Shown: positions 16,264-25,611, numbered from the stretch's first letter. The stretch is 32,000 bases of DNA from Hyperthermus butylicus DSM 5456 (GCF_000015145.1 NC_008818.1:360001-392000), one strand, 5' to 3'. Notes: generated by a model not told the origin, from the sequence alone. A program made the numbers and translations.

Positions 16264-16365
16264 AGCCACCTGGGAGAGCGCTCCCCCATGAGCATATGTA
16301 TCCAGCTTATATGGTGAGGGTTTATAGGGTTTTGCTACTTTTCATAGCTGTGCCGGAGGTGTAGG

Positions 16366-16947
16366 ATGAGCTACGAGAGGATACGCGCCTTCATAGCTGT
16401 TGATATTGAAGATCCAAGCATCGTTGCCAAGCTTGTACAGATTAGGGATAGCTTCGTTGCAACTGGCGCTCCTATGAAGCCCGTGGAAGATCAGAATCTA
16501 CACATAACACTCCGTTTTCTCGGTAACATACCATTAAGTCTTGTAGACGAGATTGAGAAAATAATCCGTGATGCTAAGCCCCGCAGGGTAGTAATAAGGA
16601 TCCGTGGTGTTGGCGCGTTTCCCTCACCTGCTAGGCCCAGGGTAGTATGGGTTGGCGTCGAGGAGGGAGAGGGAGCTAAGGAGCTTGAGAGACTCTATAG
16701 AGAGATTGAGCGTGGACTTAGAAGACTTGGATTCAAACCTGAGAGGGAGGAGTTTGTCCCCCATGTAACACTTGCTAGGCTCAAGGGCTCAAGGAATATT
16801 GATAGGGTAGTAAAACTTCTCAACGAACTCGCAGACATCGAAGTTGGAGAGATCGTGCTAGAGTCCGTGCGGCTTAAGCAGAGCATATTGACGCCACGTG
16901 GGCCAATATACAAGACCCTTAGAGAGGTTAAGGCTGTTGAAGCGTAA
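16366..16947 (+). CDS. thpR: RNA 2',3'-cyclic phosphodiesterase (2H family, ThpR/LigT)
   Basis: Two HxTxR motifs (HITLRF and HVTLAR) in a 193-aa protein. GGAGGTG lies 7 nt upstream of the ATG. Confidence 0.85.
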   Translation: MSYERIRAFIAVDIEDPSIVAKLVQIRDSFVATGAPMKPVEDQNLHITLRFLGNIPLSLVDEIEKIIRDAKPRRVVIRIRGVGAFPSPARPRVVWVGVEEGEGAKELERLYREIERGLRRLGFKPEREEFVPHVTLARLKGSRNIDRVVKLLNELADIEVGEIVLESVRLKQSILTPRGPIYKTLREVKAVEA

Positions 16948-17230
16948 CCGAGGCGAGATATACTCCCTCATAGCAAGACTGTTCCATACTGGGTTTAAGG
17001 GTTACATTGTAGTTATAGAGCGTGGACGCGTCTCCGGAACTAGGCTCATAGGGTTCAATGAGGTTTCAAGGGTGGCAAGAGGCTTCATAGAGTTAAAAGA
17101 TGGGACAGTAATACCTCTCCACCGTGTCATAGAGGTTCTCGACGAGAAAAAGCAGCCCGTATGGAGGAGGTGGCGTGAAGCTAAGAGTTACTCGGATGAG
17201 GACTCCTCTCCAGGTCCAAGCGCTCCCTGA
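16898..17230 (+). CDS. MJ1316/DUF504-domain protein (RNA cyclic-end recognition domain family); the real start is probably TTG at 16937
   Basis: The core GFIELKDGTVIPLHRVIEVLDEKKQPVWRR matches the IPxHRI...W.R signature of DUF504. It overlaps the thpR 3' end. Confidence 0.65.
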   Translation: MGQYTRPLERLRLLKRNRGEIYSLIARLFHTGFKGYIVVIERGRVSGTRLIGFNEVSRVARGFIELKDGTVIPLHRVIEVLDEKKQPVWRRWREAKSYSDEDSSPGPSAP

Positions 17231-18087
17231 CTAGCTATTCTGCCTGTAAGTATCCTCGGCTTACACTCCTGCCATGCCGCTATGATGCTAGCAGCTCTAT
17301 CAATAGCCTCTTCACTGCCGATAACTATTAGGGACCCCGTGTAGGGGTCAAGACCTGCAGCATAAGCGCCAGCACTTAGTGCTTCACGACGTGCACGCTT
17401 TACATCCTCGGGGGCAGCAAAGTCCCAGGGGCTCTCGTTGACTAACAGCTCCGAGAATTCTATCCTCCATCCTTCAGTTGAGAGCAGTAGCAGTGCCAGG
17501 GCAGCATCCTGTGCTAGCTCTAGGTATCTGTCAGCGGCTATGCAGACTTCTGCAAGGCTAGCTTGCCTGCACGGCACTACTACACCGATATGCAGCGGTA
17601 GTGCACCAGCGTAGACACGTGCCATGAATGCTGGCTGCTCTGTACCAACCGCTATACCACCTAGCAGTGATGCGGCAACAAGCGGGGCTTGTGGCCTACC
17701 TGTAGCGGATGCCACAGCCCTATTAGCTACTACCATGAGATCACGAGAGTCGGGTGCAACACCAAGAAGCTTTGATAAGCTTGCAACTGTTGCAGCGGCC
17801 GCTGCAGCCTCAGCACCAACCACTGCACCGCCGTCGTCTACAGAGATGCTGAGCGCGGCTTCCTCGCCAAGCATTTCAAGGAGCCCCGTAGCAGCATAGT
17901 ATACGGCTCTACGTACCGTGTCGCTGCCACCGCTAACGCTTACAGAAAGACCTTCAAGCCCCAGAACCTCCACCCATACACGCACAACTGCAGAGTCAAG
18001 TGCGGCTCCAACAACACCAGCAAAGCTGCCGGGAAGGCCTACAGCTACGGGTGCAGAGGAGGACGAGAATGAAGCCCGGAGACTCAT
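17188..18087 (-). CDS. GHMP-kinase-fold protein, homoserine-kinase-like, with a degenerate phosphate-binding motif
   Basis: Motif 3-like RPQAPLVAASLLGG, and C-terminal LSAGAYAAGLDPYTGSLIVIG resembling xGAxGAxxSGAGPTxF. Where PxGSGLGSSAA is expected the sequence reads DDGGAVVGAEAAAAAATVASL. Confidence 0.5.
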   Translation of the reverse strand: MSLRASFSSSSAPVAVGLPGSFAGVVGAALDSAVVRVWVEVLGLEGLSVSVSGGSDTVRRAVYYAATGLLEMLGEEAALSISVDDGGAVVGAEAAAAAATVASLSKLLGVAPDSRDLMVVANRAVASATGRPQAPLVAASLLGGIAVGTEQPAFMARVYAGALPLHIGVVVPCRQASLAEVCIAADRYLELAQDAALALLLLSTEGWRIEFSELLVNESPWDFAAPEDVKRARREALSAGAYAAGLDPYTGSLIVIGSEEAIDRAASIIAAWQECKPRILTGRIASQGALGPGEESSSE

Positions 18088-18154
18088 AGTGATATAGCCT
18101 CCAACCCTATAGCCTAGCGTTATAGATCCTTAAATCAATGCAGGTGCGGGCTTA

Positions 18155-18823
18155 ATGGGCAGCGCTAGGGGATGCAGGGTACGCCTCGTAGCACTAGACG
18201 TTGACGGCGTAGTGGTACCTGTAAGGAGCAGCTGGGGTTACATCCATGAAGTTCTTGGAACAACAGAGGATAGCGAACTAAACTATAGCCTCTTCCGGAG
18301 CGGTCTCATAGGCTACTGGGAGTGGATGTATCTAGATACGCTTGCATGGGTGGAAGCAAAGCCGGGCATAACACGGTGGGAGCTAGAGGAAATATTCAAC
18401 CAAATACCCATAAATAGTGATGCCAAAAAAGCCGTCGAGATATTGAGGAAGGCCGGGCTTGAGATAGCACTGGTAAGCGGTGGCGTAGATATCCTAGTAT
18501 CACGGGTAGCTAGAGAACTGGGAATAAAGCACTGGATATCACCAGCATTAGTCTTCGATCCATGGGGCCGCTTGGTACCGGGTGGTGAGCCACGGCTAGA
18601 GGCAGACCGAAAGGACAAAGCCGTACTAAGACTAGCGAAAAAGCTAGGCTACACTATGAGGCAAGTTGCATTCGTCGGTGACAGCAAATGGGATCTGAGA
18701 GGCATGAGAGAAGCGTGCCTCGCGATAGCAGTAAACCCAGCGGATAGCGAGGTCATACGCGAAGCTGACTATGTGGCGAGAAACCTTGTCGAGGCTGCAG
18801 AGTTCATAGTGAAACACGCCTAA
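18155..18823 (+). CDS. HAD-superfamily hydrolase, subfamily IB (phosphoserine-phosphatase-like)
   Basis: Motif I LVALDVDGVVV, motif II LVSGG, and motifs III/IV K...FVGDSKWDL. Confidence 0.8.
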   Translation: MGSARGCRVRLVALDVDGVVVPVRSSWGYIHEVLGTTEDSELNYSLFRSGLIGYWEWMYLDTLAWVEAKPGITRWELEEIFNQIPINSDAKKAVEILRKAGLEIALVSGGVDILVSRVARELGIKHWISPALVFDPWGRLVPGGEPRLEADRKDKAVLRLAKKLGYTMRQVAFVGDSKWDLRGMREACLAIAVNPADSEVIREADYVARNLVEAAEFIVKHA

Positions 18824-19335
18824 CTGGAAACGATCTTCCTAACAATACCCTCAACAACCACGTTATCACGCTTAACGAGCAACGGCGAACTCATACCCAC
18901 CACATATACAACAGTCTCGTTAGCCCTCAAGCGCGGCACAAGGCTTAGAAGATCGCCAATGACATTCTGACTTACAACATCATCCACAAGACTTACGGGA
19001 GTTATAAGAGCTGCTACTGCAGCCCCCTCCTCGTAGATTATAACGCCGATGAATCGAGAGGAATTACCCTCCACAAGCTCTACAGAATAGTGCTTTGCAC
19101 CGACAATCTCAGCCAGCTTTGAAGCCATGTCACGGGCTTGCTTCTCCCCAAGGCTGACAGGAGCAAACACCTTCACCTCAACTACTGGCCCACTAAACCC
19201 TAGCAGTGCTGGCGCAAAGATGTATATAACCTCGGCTATTAGGAGGATTATGATGCCTGCCCCCATAGCGTAGACTATTATCTTGCCACGCCTACGCCTA
19301 GCCAAGACGCACACCAACAAAAACAAGGCACCCAT
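18820..19335 (-). CDS. Hypothetical N-terminally membrane-anchored protein
   Basis: One or two hydrophobic N-terminal helices (GAGIIILLIAEVIYIFAPALLGF) followed by a soluble domain. No motif recognised. The start may be the internal Met. Confidence 0.5.
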   Translation of the reverse strand: MGALFLLVCVLARRRRGKIIVYAMGAGIIILLIAEVIYIFAPALLGFSGPVVEVKVFAPVSLGEKQARDMASKLAEIVGAKHYSVELVEGNSSRFIGVIIYEEGAAVAALITPVSLVDDVVSQNVIGDLLSLVPRLRANETVVYVVGMSSPLLVKRDNVVVEGIVRKIVSS

Positions 19336-19440
19336 GAATTAAAAGGGGTATCCCTCGAAGGAGCACTATTAAGATGGAGCCTAGAAGCTAAGAAGGGGTA
19401 TACCTCTCCACCCACCCCCTACTCCTACGGGGATAGTGTC

Positions 19441-20622
19441 ATGCCAGCAAATCTTACACCGGAAGCACAAGCGAAACTCGCAAAGTATAGCGAGGCCAAG
19501 ACTATCGAGGAGAAGATTCGTGCCCTCGAGGAGTTCCTATCAGTAGCACCAAAACATAAAGGCGCGGAAAACCTGTTGCTCTGGGCTAAGCGGCGTCTTG
19601 CAGAGCTGAGGGAACAGCTGGAAGAGGAGAAGAGGAAAAGGAGGTCCAGAGGCGGTGGAGGCCCAAGAATATTCATTGAGAAGGAGGGAGCAGCCCAGGT
19701 AGCTATCATCGGACCGCCCAATACTGGCAAGAGCATGCTAGTCCACAAGCTCACTGGCGCGAGAACAAGAGTTGCAGACTATCCGTTCTCAACGGTTAAC
19801 CCTGTCCCTGGCATGTTGCCCTATAAGGACATATACTTCCAGCTCATAGATACGCCCCCGCTGTCCGAGTCTGCACCACAGTACATACCTCGGATCGTGG
19901 GTATAGCCCGCAACGCTGACGCCATAATAATTGTTGTAGGCCTTGACGAGGATCCACTACAGCAGTACATCTACGTGCGGGACATCCTGGCCGAACACGG
20001 CGTGTTCATAGAGAAGCCGAAGGGCACTGTACGCATTGAGAAGGGTGGAGAGCACGGCATACAAGTTCTAGGCAATGGAAGGATAATTGACGGCACTGTT
20101 AAGGATGTAGAAGTCCTGCTTGCAAGGTATAGGATATACCGCGCCAAGGTATACATTGAGGGCGAAGTCACACTTGACGATATCGAGATGGCGATATTCC
20201 GCAGCACAGTCTACAAGCCAGCAATAGTCCTAGCAAACAAAGCTGATCTTCCAGGCGCTGCTGAGAAATACCGTAAACTCTACAGCTACCTAGCCTCGCG
20301 GAGAGAACGCAGCGTATGGCTCATACCAGTTTCAGCTAGAACCGGGCTAAACCTCGACAAGATAGGGGAGGCTCTCTTCAAACGCTTAGACATCATAAGG
20401 GTCTACACTAAGAAGCCCAACAGCGAGCCGACAAAAACACCAGTTATACTTCGCCGAGGCGCCACGGTTAGGGATCTAGCAGAACACATACACAGCGACT
20501 TCCTAGAGTACTTCCTCTACGCTAAGGTATGGGGCCCCTCAGCTAAATATCCCGGCGAGAGAGTGGGACTAGACCACGTACTAGAGGATGGCGACATCGT
20601 GGAAATACATACACGGAAGTAG
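19441..20622 (+). CDS. DRG-type (Obg family) GTP-binding protein with a C-terminal TGS domain
   Basis: G1 GPPNTGKS, G3 DTPP, G4 NKADL. The archaeal DRG N-terminus MPANLTPEAQAKLAKYSEAKTIEEKIRALEE is present. The TGS-like C-terminus reads IRVYTKKP...LRRGATVRDLAEHIH...DGDIVEI. Confidence 0.9.
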   Translation: MPANLTPEAQAKLAKYSEAKTIEEKIRALEEFLSVAPKHKGAENLLLWAKRRLAELREQLEEEKRKRRSRGGGGPRIFIEKEGAAQVAIIGPPNTGKSMLVHKLTGARTRVADYPFSTVNPVPGMLPYKDIYFQLIDTPPLSESAPQYIPRIVGIARNADAIIIVVGLDEDPLQQYIYVRDILAEHGVFIEKPKGTVRIEKGGEHGIQVLGNGRIIDGTVKDVEVLLARYRIYRAKVYIEGEVTLDDIEMAIFRSTVYKPAIVLANKADLPGAAEKYRKLYSYLASRRERSVWLIPVSARTGLNLDKIGEALFKRLDIIRVYTKKPNSEPTKTPVILRRGATVRDLAEHIHSDFLEYFLYAKVWGPSAKYPGERVGLDHVLEDGDIVEIHTRK

Positions 20623-20627
20623 GCTAG

Positions 20628-21143
20628 CTACTCTAGCCCAGCGAGCCTCCTAAGCCTCCTCACTATAAGCTCGTAGACCGGCTCACCTTCTCGGAGAAGC
20701 TTATAGCTCAACGGCGGGTTCCAGCCTGGGATTATGCGGCGTATCTCCTCCAGCACGACCCGCCTGGGATAGAGCACTGGATTTCTAACCTCAAGCGCCA
20801 TCGCTTTCGATGCGCCCTTAATGTAGTGCCATGCATCCCCACCGACGCCTGCATCATCATGCTGCATAACCTTGCGCCATACTTCTTCAGCAGTTCCCTC
20901 AATAACTCTGCCCACAGTGAACTCGCCGATAATTGCTCTCACGTTGCCAGATGCGTAGACCACCATGACCGCGCCCTCGGGGATGCGACCAGCAATATTG
21001 CGGCGTAGTTCAAACTTTTTCTTCTCACGGAATATCTGATATGCGTAGACAGGCCTAATGGATATGAGGTATATCTCGGCACCCGCGGCAGTTATCGCTG
21101 GCTCTGCCTGTTGTAGCTTCCTCTGCCTAGCCAATACCGTCAC
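20628..21143 (-). CDS. ASCH-domain (PUA-like fold) protein
   Basis: The N-terminal pattern YLISIRPVYAYQIFREKKKFELRR is typical of ASCH. Its GTG start overlaps the AMMECR1 stop (GTGA). Confidence 0.6.
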   Translation of the reverse strand: MTVLARQRKLQQAEPAITAAGAEIYLISIRPVYAYQIFREKKKFELRRNIAGRIPEGAVMVVYASGNVRAIIGEFTVGRVIEGTAEEVWRKVMQHDDAGVGGDAWHYIKGASKAMALEVRNPVLYPRRVVLEEIRRIIPGWNPPLSYKLLREGEPVYELIVRRLRRLAGLE

Positions 21144-21826
21144 CTCTCACGTTTACTACCATAGCGTTCGATTAGGCTCTCATACTCTCTGCGAAGATCC
21201 CTCTCCTCGACTTCGCCCATAGGCGTCTTTTCCCTCCATGCGCGGCTGGTGAAGCGATAGAATTCGGTATCACTATCGAGCCAACACGTTGGCGGCATAC
21301 CAGCCTTAACGCATGTTTCTGCTAGGAACGTCTCCTCGTCCCATAGATACTCTACCGGAACCTCTGGGAGGAGTAGACCCTGCAGGAACCCTTTCTTAGC
21401 TACGAGGCCGTGGCGGCCAATGACTATGCTCTTCACCCTCTCCTCTGGAGTTGAAGGTAGAGGCTCTAGTGGGCCTAGAACGCTAACCTCGAATGTTACC
21501 CTTGGAAGCTCGTTGCGGTTCATAGGGGGGAAGCGTGGATCGTTAAATGCTGCCTCAACAGCGACATCGATTACTGTTTCGACTAGGCTCTTAACAGGGT
21601 ATACGTAGCCTATACAGCCCCTAAGCTCCCTCGCCTCTGGCCCGTAGTATGTTGTTATCGTTACGAACGCTGCGCCTGGCCTCAGTAGCCCCTCGGGTGC
21701 ATCGCTGGGTATCGGCATCCGCTTACCATGCTCGAAGTAGTATTCCACACTACGCCTTGCAAGTCTTACCAGGTATGCTCCCTCCTCGAATGTTAGCTCA
21801 TCCGGTCTAACCTGCTCTCCAGACAT
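21140..21826 (-). CDS. AMMECR1-domain protein
   Basis: GAAFVTITTY......LRGCIGY is the signature LRGCIG motif. The size of 228 aa fits. Confidence 0.85.
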   Translation of the reverse strand: MSGEQVRPDELTFEEGAYLVRLARRSVEYYFEHGKRMPIPSDAPEGLLRPGAAFVTITTYYGPEARELRGCIGYVYPVKSLVETVIDVAVEAAFNDPRFPPMNRNELPRVTFEVSVLGPLEPLPSTPEERVKSIVIGRHGLVAKKGFLQGLLLPEVPVEYLWDEETFLAETCVKAGMPPTCWLDSDTEFYRFTSRAWREKTPMGEVEERDLRREYESLIERYGSKRER

Positions 21827-21915
21827 ACCCTTAGCCCCCTCTAGACTCTCTACATGGCCTAGAAGCCCTTAATACTATTAGCGTAGCTGTAGCTCGCCAC
21901 CAACATTCGGAGCCA

Positions 21916-23223
21916 TTGGATCAGCATCGCTGCATACTGAGGTGTCCATCTGTGGTGGAGCCCGTTGAGGCTGTATGTGCAAGGATTCTGGCGCGTATCG
22001 AGGCTAAACTCTACTCCCTCCGCTACATCGTCGAGAAGATGAAGCCTCGAGTGCCAAGGGGTCTCCTCAACGCGCTCTGCCTGGGTGTGCTGAGGAACTA
22101 CAGGCTGCTCATACGCGCTCTCCGCTATTGCGGATACCGTGGAGACGTCCGCGGCAATGCCAGAGGCTGGCTTCCAATAGTCATCGCCTACGAGGCTATG
22201 TTCCGCCACGATTCTGTGCCAGCTGAGAAGCTTAGAAGCCTTGGGGTACTAGGTGGGGAAACCATAGATTGCTTGCGTGGCCTTGAGCCAAAGCATGTAG
22301 TCTCTGGTCTCCATGGGCTCGAGCGACTAGCAGTGCTCTACAGCATGCCGCTGTGGGTTGTCGAGGAGCTTGCAAAAGCAGAGCCACCAGGCGGCATAGA
22401 GGAGTTGCTGAAATCGTTCCAGGAGCCGACACCGATATGGATAAGGTTTAACAAGCGTAGGCTCAGTAGGGAGCAAGCCATCAAGATGCTGGAGGCTATT
22501 GGCATAAGCGTGAAGCCAGACCCCGTGCTCGACGACTCGCTAGAGGTTATACGGGTAGAGCCAGGAGCTATAGAGAGGCTTGATAACAGACTGTTCTACG
22601 TCCAGGATAGAGCTGCGATGCTGGCTTCACACCTCCTAGGGAAGTTCGAGGGTGCCGTGTACGATTTCTTCAGCGCACCCGGCAATAAGCTAGCACACAC
22701 CTACTGGCGGAGCGGCCCAACCTACGCTGTAGCACTTGAGGTTTCAAGGCGGAGGCTACACGACGAGCAGAGGCTCCTGCAGCGCCAGGCAGTACTACTT
22801 GTTGACGCTGCCGAGGCTGATGCCACTAGGCCACCACTGAGGCCGGGCAGCGGGAGGGCTATAATAGTGGATCCAGACTGCACCAGCATGGGCAGGCTGG
22901 GTCATAGTCCAGAGACGAGGCTCTTCCTCGAGAGGGCTGGACGTAGGATCGTTGAAAGACTCGCGGAGCTGCAGGAAGCGGGGCTCAGGGCAGCACTTAG
23001 AACAGCTGCCAGGGGGGCCAAGGTCGTGTATATGACATGTACATTAACGCTCAGGGAGAACGAGGAGGTTGTTAGGAAGGTTGTTGAGGATGGGCTTGCA
23101 GAACTCGTGGAGGCTAAGCCCCTCATAGGCGTATGGAGCCCCTTCATGAGGAAGACACAGCGCGTATACCCCCACATGTCTAAGTGTACGGGTGGCTTTG
23201 CAGCACTACTCATCAGAGTCTAG
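21916..23223 (+). CDS. RNA cytosine-C5 methyltransferase (NOL1/NOP2/Sun, RsmB-like); start uncertain
   Basis: SAM-binding motif DFFSAPGNKLAH, motif IV-like VDPDCTSMG, motif VI-like YMTCTLTLRENEEVV with two catalytic Cys candidates. An N-terminal NusB-like helical region is present. Confidence 0.8.
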   Translation: MDQHRCILRCPSVVEPVEAVCARILARIEAKLYSLRYIVEKMKPRVPRGLLNALCLGVLRNYRLLIRALRYCGYRGDVRGNARGWLPIVIAYEAMFRHDSVPAEKLRSLGVLGGETIDCLRGLEPKHVVSGLHGLERLAVLYSMPLWVVEELAKAEPPGGIEELLKSFQEPTPIWIRFNKRRLSREQAIKMLEAIGISVKPDPVLDDSLEVIRVEPGAIERLDNRLFYVQDRAAMLASHLLGKFEGAVYDFFSAPGNKLAHTYWRSGPTYAVALEVSRRRLHDEQRLLQRQAVLLVDAAEADATRPPLRPGSGRAIIVDPDCTSMGRLGHSPETRLFLERAGRRIVERLAELQEAGLRAALRTAARGAKVVYMTCTLTLRENEEVVRKVVEDGLAELVEAKPLIGVWSPFMRKTQRVYPHMSKCTGGFAALLIRV

Positions 23224-23877
23224 AGCGCCTCTATGCTCGGAGTACTTTATTGCTGCGAGTACACGTACAGCAATCTCCCTTGACAGCTTATCGATAGGCT
23301 TCTCTACACCATTCCTAGATCCTTCAACCCATAGTACAACTGGCACCACGCGGCTAACCCGCTGGATGACGTGCCTGTAACTCTCTCTGAGCGCACGAAG
23401 AGCTGCAAGTGTTTCAGGTAGCTCGCGTACCCTGCCCCTAGAGGCAAGGCGCCGAAAAGCTATGAGAGGCTCTACATCAATGTATACAAGTATGTCTGGC
23501 CTCCATGCATACTTGTTAACGATATAAACCCAGTCAGCATCCACAGCGTAGGGAAAGAGTTCGCAAGTCTGATATGCTAGGCTTGAAATCCAGCTCCTAT
23601 CACTTACAACGATGCAGCTCCTACCCTGCAGCCTTTCCTCAAGCGAGCGCTGCAGTAGGAGCCTATCAGCGGCAAAGAGCAACGCTAGTACATCCTGGTG
23701 GAAGGGACCGTGCCGGAGCATGTGCCGAATAACACCGCCCACAACATCCTTTGAGGGCTCCTCGACAAGCTCTACACAGTAGCCAAGAAGACGCAACTTT
23801 TCAGCCAGCAACCTGGCATGAGTTGTTGTTCCAGCCCCGTCTATACCCTCGAACACAACATATACGGGCCTAGCCAA
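23206..23877 (-). CDS. tmk: Thymidylate-kinase-like protein with an atypical P-loop; start proposed at TTG 23877
   Basis: (M)ARPVYVVFEGIDGAGTTTHARLLAEKL aligns to the Tmk N-terminus FEGxDGxGK[ST]T, but the Walker lysine position is Thr. The longest ORF start (24003) would overlap the divergent gene by 62 nt. Confidence 0.6.
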   Translation of the reverse strand: MARPVYVVFEGIDGAGTTTHARLLAEKLRLLGYCVELVEEPSKDVVGGVIRHMLRHGPFHQDVLALLFAADRLLLQRSLEERLQGRSCIVVSDRSWISSLAYQTCELFPYAVDADWVYIVNKYAWRPDILVYIDVEPLIAFRRLASRGRVRELPETLAALRALRESYRHVIQRVSRVVPVVLWVEGSRNGVEKPIDKLSREIAVRVLAAIKYSEHRGALDSDE

Positions 23878-23941
23878 TGTTCGTGCCCTCGGACGCCTAA
23901 GTGGGGCTATCCACGCCCTTCCAGCTGGGGGCTGGTGCTGT

Positions 23942-24664
23942 ATGGCTGGTATAAGGGTGCTGGGGATAAACGGCTCTGCTAGAAAGTACGGTAACAGCTT
24001 CAAGATGCTATGGATAGCACTTAAGGCTGCAGAGGACGAGGGCGCCGAGACCGAGATAATACACCTCTACGACTACAAGCTGATACTCTGCATGGCATGT
24101 TACTCGGACAACCTCTACGAGTGCTACTACCCGAAGAGATGCCCCCTAGGACTGGAGGACCAGTACCACGAGATAGCCGAGAAGATATTGTCGAGCCATG
24201 CTGTGATATTCTCGACACCAGTATACTGGTTTATGGCCTCTGCAGCTGTTAAGACCCTTGTAGAACGTATGACCGGCATGGAGAACATGCTATACCATAT
24301 CGGTAAGAGCCTCCTCGACGGCAAGGTTGCAGGTATAATAGCTGTCGGCGAGGAAACTGGAGCCACCATGGCCCTATCCTGGCTTATGCTAACACTTAAC
24401 ATGATGGGGTTCCATATACCAGCCTGGGCTACCGTGTACTACCACGGGAAGGGAGACGCCATGGATAATGAGCAAGCTGTACTAGACGCCTATAATCTCG
24501 GCCGCAACGTAGCTAGGCTAGCAAAGATCCTTGCCGGCAAGGTTGACGGAGAGCCATGGTATAGCCTAGACTACCGGAGTAGAGCACGCCAGCTTGCCGA
24601 AGAAGCCAAAAAGACCGCTATGAATAACCGCGAAGCTGCACGGAGGGATAGGCCGTGGCTATAA
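23942..24664 (+). CDS. NADPH-dependent FMN reductase-fold protein, iron-sulfur-flavoprotein-like
   Basis: The flavodoxin-like N-terminus IRVLGINGSARKYGNS and FSTPVYWFMASAAVKTLVERM are present. A compact Cys cluster CMACYSDNLYECYYPKRC (Cx2Cx7Cx5C) resembles Isf. Confidence 0.7.
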   Translation: MAGIRVLGINGSARKYGNSFKMLWIALKAAEDEGAETEIIHLYDYKLILCMACYSDNLYECYYPKRCPLGLEDQYHEIAEKILSSHAVIFSTPVYWFMASAAVKTLVERMTGMENMLYHIGKSLLDGKVAGIIAVGEETGATMALSWLMLTLNMMGFHIPAWATVYYHGKGDAMDNEQAVLDAYNLGRNVARLAKILAGKVDGEPWYSLDYRSRARQLAEEAKKTAMNNREAARRDRPWL

Positions 24665-25611
24665 CCGTCTATGGCCCTGTAAGGCTTGGCGACCCCGCCA
24701 TTATAACTCATGGCGGTGCTGGTAGCTGGAAGGCCCTTGAAAGGATAGACCCGGCAGTAGAGGCTACAAGATCAGCAGCCATGGCTGGCCTTAGAGCTGC
24801 TGCTAAGGGCGTCCTAGAAGCTCTTGTAGAGGCCATCGCATCGCTAGAGGATAGTGGTGTGCTTAATGCCGGGCTTGGAAGCGTATTAACCTACGACGGC
24901 CGCGTAGAGATGGATGCTGGGCTCATGCTGGACGATATGCGGGCCGGCGCAGTGGCTGTAGTATCATACCCTCGTAATCCTATAAGACTCGCTGCATACG
25001 TGGCGGAAAACCTTGACCACATAATAATTGCCGGTCCCGCCGCTGATAGGCTAGCAGAGAGGCTAGGTCTTGAGAAGCATCCAGGCCCGAGCCAGGCTGC
25101 CCTGGAGAGGTGGAGAAAGCTTAGGGAGCAGCTAGAACGAGGCGAGGGCCCTAGGTGGGCCCGGAAAATAGCCGAACTCTACGGCGATACTGTGGGCGCG
25201 GTAGTTCTCGTCTCGGGCCGACTCGCAGCCGGCACAAGCACCGGGGGTATCGCGTTAAAGCATCCAGGCCGCGTTGGTGACTCCCCCATTCCCGGTGCGG
25301 GGTTCTACGTTGAGCACGGTGTTGGTGGCTGTGCTGCAACCGGGATAGGCGAGACGATAATACTCAGCAGACCTTGCATACACGCCGTCAAGCTGCTAGC
25401 TGAGGGCATGCCCGTAGAGGAGGCTGCAAGGGCAGCTGTTGCCAGACACACAAGACTATTCGGCAGCGATAACCTCGGCATAATACTGCTAGACGCCAAG
25501 GGCAATGCCGCTGCCGCAATAAACACTGAGGGCATGCCCGTAGGCCTCGCAGGGGCTGAGCTAGCAGAACCTCTAGGAGTGATGCTCCGAAGAGGAGAGG
25601 AGAGAGCATAA
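24655..25611 (+). CDS. Ntn-hydrolase isoaspartyl peptidase / plant-type L-asparaginase
   Basis: HGGAG sits near the N-terminus. The autoprocessing site is GDT^VGAVVL with a Thr nucleophile. TSTGG and GAGFY motifs are present. Confidence 0.85.
   Translation: MAITVYGPVRLGDPAIITHGGAGSWKALERIDPAVEATRSAAMAGLRAAAKGVLEALVEAIASLEDSGVLNAGLGSVLTYDGRVEMDAGLMLDDMRAGAVAVVSYPRNPIRLAAYVAENLDHIIIAGPAADRLAERLGLEKHPGPSQAALERWRKLREQLERGEGPRWARKIAELYGDTVGAVVLVSGRLAAGTSTGGIALKHPGRVGDSPIPGAGFYVEHGVGGCAATGIGETIILSRPCIHAVKLLAEGMPVEEAARAAVARHTRLFGSDNLGIILLDAKGNAAAAINTEGMPVGLAGAELAEPLGVMLRRGEERA

Noticed and set aside
21859-22209. Track ORF 21859..22209 (-)
   Set aside because: It overlaps the N-terminal NusB-like region of the NSUN methyltransferase on the opposite strand and has no recognisable motif.
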